Shown here piece by piece: positions 17,390-24,992 of a stretch of DNA of 64,000 nt (positions within the stretch are counted from its first letter, which is position 1; every line of letters starts with the position of its first letter). A program made the position numbers and the translations under genes. Below the pieces are notes generated by a model. That model ran no database searches and was not told the DNA's origin. It saw only the letters and a list, made by a program, of their open reading frames with translations. This stretch comes from Polyangiaceae bacterium (lineage in GTDB: Bacteria; Myxococcota_A; Polyangia; Polyangiales; Polyangiaceae): the NCBI GenBank assembly GCA_019637295.1, contig JAHBVX010000011.1, forward strand, positions 17,735 to 81,734, given 5' to 3'.

Positions 17390-20300
17390 AGTGGCTAACA
17401 GCAGCCCTGGTCTCGAGTACGGTGCTCGCGTTGGCGGTAGCGCCGGCCTGCACGACCTCGAGCTTCTGCTTCGAGGATTGTGACGGTGACGGCGGCAAGG
17501 GGACCGGCGGCACAGGCGACGGAGGTCTGTGGGACGGCCAGGTCATCGACGGCGCGTCAGGCGACACGGGCGTCATCGGCATCGACACCGGCACGGGCGA
17601 CGCGTGCGTCGCGACGAACAACGGCGTCGAGATTTGTGATGGTATCGACAACGACTGCAACGGAGTCATCGACGACGGGTTCGACTTCACCAAGACCCAG
17701 AGCTGCGGCACCTGCGACAACAACTGCGCCCTGGGCGCGAGCGCCCCGGTGAACGTCGTGAACCCGAGCTGCGACCCACCGTCGACCACGGACGGCACCG
17801 TCGCGGGCACCTGCAAGTGGGAGAAGTGTGCCCAGGATTTCTACGATATCGACAAAGGCAAGCCGGGAGAGATCCTGGGCTGCGAGTATCAGTGCCCCTG
17901 GAACCCGGACGGTACGGTCACCGTGGACACCGGCGGGTCGGAGGGCTGCGGACGGGACGACGACTGCGACGGCTTGATCGACGAGGACCTGAACACCTGC
18001 GACGACATCGACAACTGCGGCAAGTGCGGCAAGCCCTGCGTCATCCCCAACGGGACGGCCAAGTGCACGACGACCGCGCAGCAGGGGCAGCAGTGTACCG
18101 AGGCCAACACCAAGTGCGAGATCGCGTCGTGTGACGCGGGCTACCACGACGCCGACAAGGCGGCGGGCAACGGCTGCGAGTACCAGTGCACACCCACCGG
18201 TCCCGAGATCTGCGACGGCATCGACAACGACTGCGACGGTAAGATCGACAACACCGACGACAGCCTCGAGGTCGACGACCCCAACGTCGGCCAGACCTGC
18301 CAGGGTGGGGTCAACGGCATCTGCGCCGACCCGGCCAACGCCGGCGTCAAGAAGTGCATCGGGGGCCAGATCAGCTGCTGCGACGTGGGCTCGAACAACG
18401 TCAGCTCCACCAACCCCAACCTGCCGGTCACCGGCCTCCGCAACGGCGTGTGTAGCGCTCCGACTGGCCCCAAGGTCATCAAGCCCGGGGACGTGCAGGA
18501 GACCTGCAACAACAAGGACGACGACTGCGACGGGGTCGTGGACGACTCACCCATCGACCAGGGCGGAACTTGTGGCAGCACCGTCGGCAGCTGCCAGGCC
18601 GGTACCCAGCAGTGTCAGAGTGGCGCGCTGGTGTGCGTGGGCAACACCGTTCCCGCTGCCGAAATCTGCAACGGCCAGGACAACAACTGCGACGGCGTGA
18701 TCGACGGCATCATGGTGACCCCGGTGGTCGCGTGCACCCAGGACGCGCAGTGTTCGGGCAGCGCCAGGTGCATGATCCGCTCGGGTCCCACGGACCGCGT
18801 GTGTGCGCTGCGGCCCACGGACGTGGGCACCACCTGCGACACCTTCCCACCGCCGCCCGCGGGTTACACCTCGCCCTGCCAGGCGGGCACGCTGGCCTGC
18901 GTGGGTGGCGTGAAGGTGTGTCAGGGCTCGATCAAGCCGAACGCCGTCTCCGACACCTGCGGCCAGGACACCAACTGCAACGGCGTGTACGAGGGACCGA
19001 CGCCGCAGCAGATGCAGACGGACGTCAAGAACTGCGGGAGTTGCGGCAACGACTGCGGCCAGATCTCGCCCGGCGGCCACGGCGTGTGGGCGTGTCAGGC
19101 CGGCCAGTGCGTGCGCACCGGCTGCGAGGCGAACTACATCAACTGCGACGGCAACAACAACGACTGCGAGCGCTTCTGCACCTTCGTGTCGGCGAACGAG
19201 CAGTGCAACGGCATCGACGACAACTGCAACTGCCAGGTGGACGAGAACATCACCGCCGTGCCCAGCCCGGTGTCCGTCTGCGGCGTCGCGGCGGCCGCGA
19301 ATGATCCTGGGTGCCTGCCCCGCCACCCCACGACCAACCCCACGGGTGTACAGGTCAGCTGCAACAACGGCGGTTGGCAGTGCTCGTTCACCAGCGGGTA
19401 CTGCTCGGGCAGTCCGCCGGACTGCTCCACCACCGTGGACACCTGCGACAACAAGGACAACAACTGCAACGGCGCCACGGACGAGAGCTTCAAGCCTCCG
19501 ATCTTGAATCAAGGTTACGTGGGCCAACAGTGCGCGAGCGACGACGGCCTCCCCGCGCCCGGCCACGGTCAGTGCCGGACTCAGGGACAGTTCGTGTGCA
19601 CGAGCGCTACCACGACCGGGTGCAACGCTACGAAGAACAACGCCGCCGCGGGCACGGAGCTGTGCGACGGAGTGGACAACGACTGCGACGGCCTAGTGGA
19701 CGAGCCCTTCACCAACAAGGGCACCAACACCACGCACTTCGTGCGGCCCGCGGTGACTCAGCTCGCGACCAACCTGTGGATGACGCAGTACGAGGTCAGC
19801 CGCCCGGGGGCCACCAACGTCAATCCGGGTAACGGCAACGGCTACCAGACCGCGGCACCGACGGGCGTCACGCTGGACCGGGTGCAGGGCTGCTCGGTCG
19901 CGGGTGTCATCCCCTGGTTCAACGTCACGCCGGTCGAGGCTCAACAGGTCTGCGCGGCGCGCGGAGGCCGGTTGTGCTCCACCGGGGAGTGGCAGACCGC
20001 GTGCCGGACGCCCAGCAACGCCTGCACCTGGGGCTACAACCCGCGCACGGGCTCTCCGGCTCCATGTACGCTGGCTGGGACGTATACAGCGGGCACGGGC
20101 CGAGTGTGCAACATCGGGCCCTTCGACTTCGACGGCAACCCGGTCAACGGAGTCACCAACGGCCTGTTGCCGACGGCGTCGGCGTCGCTGCAAAACTGCT
20201 GGGCGGACTGGGCCGGCAGCACCGGCAACACGGCGGCGTTCAACAACATCCGCGACATCACCGGCAACCTCGGCGAGATCGTCCAACACTCGGGCACGAA

Positions 20301-20469
20301 CTGCGGCGCCGTGAACAACACCTGCGTCTACAAGGTGATGGGTGGTGGGTTCAACACGGCGGCGGAGAGCGGCGCGACCTGCAACTTCACGTTCTACAGC
20401 GTCGACAAGGACTTCAAGCTCTACGACGCCGGCTTCCGCTGCTGCTTCACCAGCAACCCGACCCTCTGA
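17386..20469 (+). CDS. Cys-rich probable lipoprotein with about 10 CDGxDNDCDG-type repeats and a C-terminal FGE/SUMF1-like (C-type-lectin fold) domain
   Basis: 1027 aa. ATG 17386 overlaps the paralog B stop as ATGA. N-terminus MKWLTAALVSSTVLALAVAPAC. Repeats include EICDGIDNDCNGVIDDG, EICDGIDNDCDGKIDN and ELCDGVDNDCDGLVDEP. The last roughly 250 aa are FGE-sulfatase-like (LWMTQYEVSRPGA, VPWFNVTPVEAQQVCAARGGRLCSTGEWQTAC, ITGNLGEIV, GGGFN, DAGFRCCF). Confidence 0.85.
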   Translation: MKWLTAALVSSTVLALAVAPACTTSSFCFEDCDGDGGKGTGGTGDGGLWDGQVIDGASGDTGVIGIDTGTGDACVATNNGVEICDGIDNDCNGVIDDGFDFTKTQSCGTCDNNCALGASAPVNVVNPSCDPPSTTDGTVAGTCKWEKCAQDFYDIDKGKPGEILGCEYQCPWNPDGTVTVDTGGSEGCGRDDDCDGLIDEDLNTCDDIDNCGKCGKPCVIPNGTAKCTTTAQQGQQCTEANTKCEIASCDAGYHDADKAAGNGCEYQCTPTGPEICDGIDNDCDGKIDNTDDSLEVDDPNVGQTCQGGVNGICADPANAGVKKCIGGQISCCDVGSNNVSSTNPNLPVTGLRNGVCSAPTGPKVIKPGDVQETCNNKDDDCDGVVDDSPIDQGGTCGSTVGSCQAGTQQCQSGALVCVGNTVPAAEICNGQDNNCDGVIDGIMVTPVVACTQDAQCSGSARCMIRSGPTDRVCALRPTDVGTTCDTFPPPPAGYTSPCQAGTLACVGGVKVCQGSIKPNAVSDTCGQDTNCNGVYEGPTPQQMQTDVKNCGSCGNDCGQISPGGHGVWACQAGQCVRTGCEANYINCDGNNNDCERFCTFVSANEQCNGIDDNCNCQVDENITAVPSPVSVCGVAAAANDPGCLPRHPTTNPTGVQVSCNNGGWQCSFTSGYCSGSPPDCSTTVDTCDNKDNNCNGATDESFKPPILNQGYVGQQCASDDGLPAPGHGQCRTQGQFVCTSATTTGCNATKNNAAAGTELCDGVDNDCDGLVDEPFTNKGTNTTHFVRPAVTQLATNLWMTQYEVSRPGATNVNPGNGNGYQTAAPTGVTLDRVQGCSVAGVIPWFNVTPVEAQQVCAARGGRLCSTGEWQTACRTPSNACTWGYNPRTGSPAPCTLAGTYTAGTGRVCNIGPFDFDGNPVNGVTNGLLPTASASLQNCWADWAGSTGNTAAFNNIRDITGNLGEIVQHSGTNCGAVNNTCVYKVMGGGFNTAAESGATCNFTFYSVDKDFKLYDAGFRCCFTSNPTL

Positions 20470-20533
20470 CCCGATCGGGTCGAGCCTGCGGCACGAGTCC
20501 GGGGGGTTTCGCTCCCCGGCTCGCTCGGGCACC

Positions 20534-21568
20534 ATGGCGAGGATGTCGAAGCCGCGGAGGTCCGGATACCGGGTGCTGGCCCCAAAGGAGGTCCGCTCGG
20601 ACGACCGCGAGCTCGCGTACGAGGTGTTGGTGGGGCTGTCCGAGCACCCCAAGCGCTTACCGTCGCGGCTCTTCTATGACGACGAGGGTAGCCGACTGTT
20701 TCAGCGCATCATGGCGCTCGGCGAGTACTACCTGACGGACTGCGAGCGCGAGATCCTGGAAGCACACAAGGGAGACCTGGCGGACGTGGTCGCGGCCGAG
20801 CCCGTCAACGTGGTCGATCTCGGCGCCGGCGACGGAGAGAAGACCTTCATCCTGCTCGACCACCTGGGCAAGCGCAGCATCGAGCATCGCTACGTACCCA
20901 TCGACATCTCCGAGGGAGCGATGAGTGCGCTGGTGGAGCGCGTGACGGCGCGGCTGCCGCACCTGGACGTCGAGGGCATCATCGCGGAGTACTCGGATGG
21001 CCTCGAGGCGCTGGCCCAGGCCGAGTCCAGCCGTCGCAACTTGGTGCTGTTCTTGGGGTCCAACATCGGCAACTTCGATCGTGCCCGATCGCGCGCGTTC
21101 TTGCGCCGGCTGTGGAACGCGCTGAACCCCGGCGACTTGCTGCTGATCGGCTTCGATCTGAAGAAGGACATCGACCTGTTGCTCCGCGCGTACAACGACC
21201 GCGAGGGCGTGACCGCCGCGTTCAATCTGAACCTGCTCACGCGCCTGAACCGAACTCTGGGAGCGCAGTTCGACATCGACAAGTTTCGACACTTCGGCAC
21301 CTACGACGTGTTCAGCGGTGCCATGCAGAGCTATCTGGTGAGCCTCGAGCGCCAGTTGATCGAGATCAGCCAGCTGTCGCTGGCGTTCCAGTTCGAGCCT
21401 TGGGAGCCCATTCACACCGAGTACTCGTACAAGTACCTGCGCTCGGACGTGACCACCCTGGCCAAGGACACGGGTTTCTCGATCCAGGCGGAGTTCTTGG
21501 ATGACAAGCGCTGGTTTCTCGACTCGCTCTGGCGGGTGGAGAAGGCGCCCACGGCGATGCCGAGCTAG
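20534..21568 (+). CDS. EgtD-family SAM-dependent (histidine N-alpha-type) methyltransferase
   Basis: In-frame ATG at 20534 within ORF 20342..21568, giving 344 aa. Family motifs seen: LPSRLFYDDEGSRLFQRIMALGEYYLTDCEREIL, VDLGAGDGEKT, YVPIDISEGAM, FLGSNIGNF and IHTEYSYKY. Confidence 0.82.
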   Translation: MARMSKPRRSGYRVLAPKEVRSDDRELAYEVLVGLSEHPKRLPSRLFYDDEGSRLFQRIMALGEYYLTDCEREILEAHKGDLADVVAAEPVNVVDLGAGDGEKTFILLDHLGKRSIEHRYVPIDISEGAMSALVERVTARLPHLDVEGIIAEYSDGLEALAQAESSRRNLVLFLGSNIGNFDRARSRAFLRRLWNALNPGDLLLIGFDLKKDIDLLLRAYNDREGVTAAFNLNLLTRLNRTLGAQFDIDKFRHFGTYDVFSGAMQSYLVSLERQLIEISQLSLAFQFEPWEPIHTEYSYKYLRSDVTTLAKDTGFSIQAEFLDDKRWFLDSLWRVEKAPTAMPS

Positions 21569-21673
21569 TCGAGCCTCGGAGTACGGGCTTGCCGGTCCGA
21601 CGCGGCGGCGGTGAGGGGCGAATTCGGGCCGATCCTGGGCTCCCTTGGCCGCCATCGCTGCTAGGCTCGGCCA

Positions 21674-23473
21674 ATGGCACGGAAACTCGGCTCGGTTCTC
21701 GCGGCATCTTGCCTGACTCTGCTCGCTGGCAGCGCCAGCGCCCAGCAGCTTCGCTTCACCAAGACGACCACCGGAGGGCTCGCGGTCACCGGCAACACCC
21801 TCGGGCTCAGCAAGGCGCTCGACCAGAACGGCCCTGGCACGCGGGACTCCATCGGGACCTTCATCGCGCTCGATCCCACCAGCGTGGACAACGTCCCGCT
21901 GAGCTCATCCAACCCCTGGCCCGCGGGCACCACCTGGGACTGGACCAAGAACGGCTCGACCAACACGCTGTCCCTGCCTGCCGGCGCCACGGTCGAGTAC
22001 GCCGAGCTGATCTGGGCTGGGAGCTATCAGTACGTGACCGACGTCAGCGCGCACCTGGGCACAGCGGTGACGCTACGCGCGGGCGGCGCGTCGGTGTCGG
22101 TCCCCCCGAGCACTGCCACCGCGCTGACCATCGCCCAGCAGTCCACCACCGGGTTCTTCGCGAACTACTACATGCGCTCGGCGGATGTGACCAGCTTCGT
22201 CGCGTCTCAGGGAGCCGGGGCCTACACCGTCTCCGGCGTGCCCGCGACGGAGGACACCACCATCAACAGCCTCAACGCCGCGGGTTGGACGTTGGTCGTC
22301 GCCTACACCGCGAGCGCGTCGCCCGCGCGCAACATCAGCATCTTCGTGGGCGGCAGCTTCGTGGACGAGAACTCGCAGCAGGACTACACCTTCAGCGGCT
22401 TCTGCACTCCACCCGCTGGGCCGGTGGAGGGGACCGCGATCGTCACCGCCCTGGAGGGCGACGCGAACCTGACCGGGGATCAGCTGCTGATCGGCCAGAC
22501 CACCGGCGGCAGCTTCGTGAACCTCTCGGCCCCGAACAACCCGGCGAACAATTTCTTCGCGTCACAGATCAACGGAGCGAGCGGCCAGCTGGACACTGGC
22601 GGCAGCTTCGGCACCGTGAATCACGACGCCGCGGGCGGCGTGAACGTGTCCGGCGCTCGGCAGGGTTGGGACTTGACCACGGTGCAGCTCAGCTCTGCGG
22701 ACGGCAAGCTCGCCAACGGCCAGACGAGCGCCGTGCTGCGCAACATCACCACCGGTGACTCCTACGTGCCGGTGCTCGGCGCGTTCACCATCGACGTGAC
22801 CGCTCCCGACTTCTCCGACGGATCGTCGCTCCTCACCAGCACCCAAGTGGTCACGGACGGCGATACGTTCACCGTCACCGCGGTGATCAAGAACTCTGGC
22901 GACGTCCCCGCGGACATCGAGTTCGTGATGCCGCTCGACTCGGGCCTCTCGCTGGCGGGCTACACCACCGACGGCAACAGCGGTGACATCGGCGGTCAAG
23001 CGGTCAGCGGCGGGATGCTCTCCACGGGCGTCGCCGCCGGGACGATCGCCTCCGGCCAGTCGCGCACGGTGGTGCTCACCCTCGACGTCGTCGGGCCGCC
23101 CGCGACGGGCTCGGACTTCCCGGTGGAGGTATCCTGGAACTACAGCTACGTCAGCTGCGTCGGCCAGCCGGCGATCAGCGCGGTGTGGCCCATGCCGTCC
23201 GCCACGGTGAGCTACGAAGCAGCGGCTCCGGACGCGGGGGCTGGCGGCGCCGGCAACGCGGGCGGCGCCGGCGGCAGCGCCGGCGCGGGTGCGAGCGCGG
23301 CCAGCGGCGGCGCCGCCGCCACCGGCGGCGGCGGCAAGGGCGTCCCCGACTCGGGTGACGACGGCAGCTGCGCGTGCAGCGCGCCCGGCGCGGGTCGCTC
23401 GACCGGCGCGTCGCTCCTGGCAGGCTTGGGGATGTTGCTCGGCCTGTGGCGCACGCGCCGTCGTCGCGGGTGA
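21674..23473 (+). CDS. secreted surface protein with a DUF11-like repeat domain and MYXO-CTERM tag
   Basis: 599 aa with signal peptide MARKLGSVLAASCLTLLAGSASAQ. It has a DUF11-like segment (VTDGDTFTVTAVIKNSGDVPADIEFVMPLDSGLSL), an Ala/Gly-rich linker and the C-terminus DDGSCACSAPG...LLGLWRTRRRRG. Confidence 0.8.
   Translation: MARKLGSVLAASCLTLLAGSASAQQLRFTKTTTGGLAVTGNTLGLSKALDQNGPGTRDSIGTFIALDPTSVDNVPLSSSNPWPAGTTWDWTKNGSTNTLSLPAGATVEYAELIWAGSYQYVTDVSAHLGTAVTLRAGGASVSVPPSTATALTIAQQSTTGFFANYYMRSADVTSFVASQGAGAYTVSGVPATEDTTINSLNAAGWTLVVAYTASASPARNISIFVGGSFVDENSQQDYTFSGFCTPPAGPVEGTAIVTALEGDANLTGDQLLIGQTTGGSFVNLSAPNNPANNFFASQINGASGQLDTGGSFGTVNHDAAGGVNVSGARQGWDLTTVQLSSADGKLANGQTSAVLRNITTGDSYVPVLGAFTIDVTAPDFSDGSSLLTSTQVVTDGDTFTVTAVIKNSGDVPADIEFVMPLDSGLSLAGYTTDGNSGDIGGQAVSGGMLSTGVAAGTIASGQSRTVVLTLDVVGPPATGSDFPVEVSWNYSYVSCVGQPAISAVWPMPSATVSYEAAAPDAGAGGAGNAGGAGGSAGAGASAASGGAAATGGGGKGVPDSGDDGSCACSAPGAGRSTGASLLAGLGMLLGLWRTRRRRG
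23357..23473 (+). other. MYXO-CTERM-type sorting tag (tag 4 of 5)
   Basis: DDGSCACSAPGAGRSTGASLLAGLGMLLGLWRTRRRRG-stop. Confidence 0.8.
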
Positions 23474-23537
23474 GCGGCAGTCGCTCGGCGAGGCCTGCGC
23501 CTGTCCGAGGCGAGGGTAGCTGAGCCCGAGCGTCCGC

Positions 23538-24854
23538 TCAGCGGACGATGCGCTCGAGGAGCAGCGGACTGGGCTTCGGAGCGGTCTTGCCCAGACTGAA
23601 GCACGAGCGCACGCGCTCCACGAGCTTCGCGCCGTCCTTCTTGCTCTGCACGTGCAGCCACGCCAGGACCTCGCCGCGCTTCACGCGGTCCCCGGGCTTC
23701 TTGTCGAGCACGATGCCGACCCGGTGGTCGACCGCGTCTTCGGCGCGCAGGCGCCCCGCGCCCATGGCCACGCTGGTCAGGCCGAGCTCGAGCGCGTCGC
23801 AGCGGCTGACGTAGCCGCTCCCGGTCGCGGGGACGGGCACGCACAGCTTGGCGCTGGGCAGCCGAGTCGGATCCATCACGACCCGGGGATCGCCCCCTTG
23901 AGCCTCGACCATGCGGGCGAAGCGCCGAAGGCCCCGGCCGCTGGTGAGGGCCGCCTCGAGCATCCGCCTGGCCTCCGCTGCCCGTCGCGTCACGCCACCG
24001 ACCAGGAGCATCTCGGTTCCGAGCACCAGCGTCAGCTCGCGGGTGTCCTCTGGTCCCTCGTTCATGAGCACCTCGATGGCTTCGCGCGTCTCGAGGGCGT
24101 TGCCGATGGTGCGTCCGATGGGGACGTTCATGTCCGTGAGCAACGCGACCACACGCTTGCCGGCGCTCGAGCCGACTCGAACCATGGCGCGAGCCAGCTC
24201 GCGGGCCGCCTGTCGATCCTTCATGAACGCCCCGCGACCAACCTTGACGTCGAGCACGAGTCCGTCGATGCCCTCCGCCAGCTTCTTGCTCAAGATGCTG
24301 GCCACGATGAAGGGGATGAACTCGACCGTCCCGGTGACGTCGCGCAGCGCGTAGATGCGTCGATCCGCCGGCGCCAGCCGGGCGGTCTGCCCGATGATGC
24401 ACAGGCCGAGCTCGCGCACCTGCCTCTCGAAGCGCTTGGCGTCCAGATCCACGCGGTAGCCCGGGATGGCCTCGAGCTTGTCGAGGGTGCCCCCGGTGTG
24501 CCCGAGGCCCCGACCCGAGATCATCGGCACGCTGACGCCGCACTCGGCGACCAAAGGCGCGAGGCACAGGCTGATCTTGTCGCCCACGCCGCCGGTCGAG
24601 TGCTTGTCGACCTTGGGCGCGCGCACCGTCGGGAGGCGGAGAACGTCCCCGGAGTGGAGCATCGTCTCGGTCAGCGCCACGGTCTCCGCGTCCGTCATGC
24701 CGCGCAGGAAGGCCGCCATCAACCAGGCGCTCATCTGGTAGTCCGCCACCTGACCGCTCACATAGCCGTCCACCAGCGCCTGGATCTCCGCGCGGGTGAG
24801 CGCGTGTCCGTCACGCTTCTTGATGATCAGAGCGACCGGGTTGATGCTGGCCAT
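23538..24854 (-). CDS. deoA: thymidine/pyrimidine-nucleoside phosphorylase
   Basis: 438 aa. It has IIKKRDGHALTRAEIQALVDGYVSGQVADYQMSAWLMA, VDKHSTGGVGDK and a phosphorylase-type C-terminal domain. Confidence 0.9.
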   Translation of the reverse strand: MASINPVALIIKKRDGHALTRAEIQALVDGYVSGQVADYQMSAWLMAAFLRGMTDAETVALTETMLHSGDVLRLPTVRAPKVDKHSTGGVGDKISLCLAPLVAECGVSVPMISGRGLGHTGGTLDKLEAIPGYRVDLDAKRFERQVRELGLCIIGQTARLAPADRRIYALRDVTGTVEFIPFIVASILSKKLAEGIDGLVLDVKVGRGAFMKDRQAARELARAMVRVGSSAGKRVVALLTDMNVPIGRTIGNALETREAIEVLMNEGPEDTRELTLVLGTEMLLVGGVTRRAAEARRMLEAALTSGRGLRRFARMVEAQGGDPRVVMDPTRLPSAKLCVPVPATGSGYVSRCDALELGLTSVAMGAGRLRAEDAVDHRVGIVLDKKPGDRVKRGEVLAWLHVQSKKDGAKLVERVRSCFSLGKTAPKPSPLLLERIVR

Positions 24855-24925
24855 GGCGACGCGAGCTTAGCCCGACTCGCCGGGAGCACCCAGACCCGAC
24901 CCGCCGCCGCCGCGCCGGGCCGGCA

Positions 24926-24978
24926 GCACAAAACACGAAGGCCCGAGCCTGTCGGCCCCCCGGGCACCCGAAGGTGCC
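24926..24978 (-). terminator. candidate intrinsic terminator downstream of the metalloprotease gene
   Basis: On the minus strand after the stop at 24993-24995 there is a perfect GGCACC-TTCG-GGTGCC hairpin (24963-24978). A second, imperfect hairpin follows (24940-24957, 6 bp with one bulge) and is followed by TTCGTGTTTTGTG. Confidence 0.35.
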
Positions 24979-24992
24979 GGACGTTGCGCTAC

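Noticed and set aside
19720-20469. A diversity-generating retroelement targeting the C-terminal FGE/C-lectin-like domain, which is a common DGR variable-protein fold.
   Set aside because: I found no reverse transcriptase gene and no template-repeat copy of the 3' end anywhere in the window. The A/B paralog mismatches are not adenine-specific.
20468-20519. Palindrome gacccgatcgggtc at the stop of the FGE-like gene, plus a ccgggg...ccccgg hairpin, as a terminator separating it from the methyltransferase.
   Set aside because: The stems are short, the first has no usable loop, and no T-tract follows. This is insufficient to call a terminator, so co-transcription remains possible.
23531-23547. 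Hairpin cgtccgc-tca-gcggacg between the convergent DUF11-like and deoA genes.
   Set aside because: It has a 7-bp stem but only a 3-nt loop that is itself the deoA stop codon, and no U-tract on either strand. It is not convincing as a bidirectional terminator.
23212-24567. A 451-aa Arg/Pro/Gly-rich minus-strand ORF overlapping deoA and the end of the DUF11-like gene.
   Set aside because: It is an alternate frame of two well-supported genes, has no motifs, and has extreme composition.
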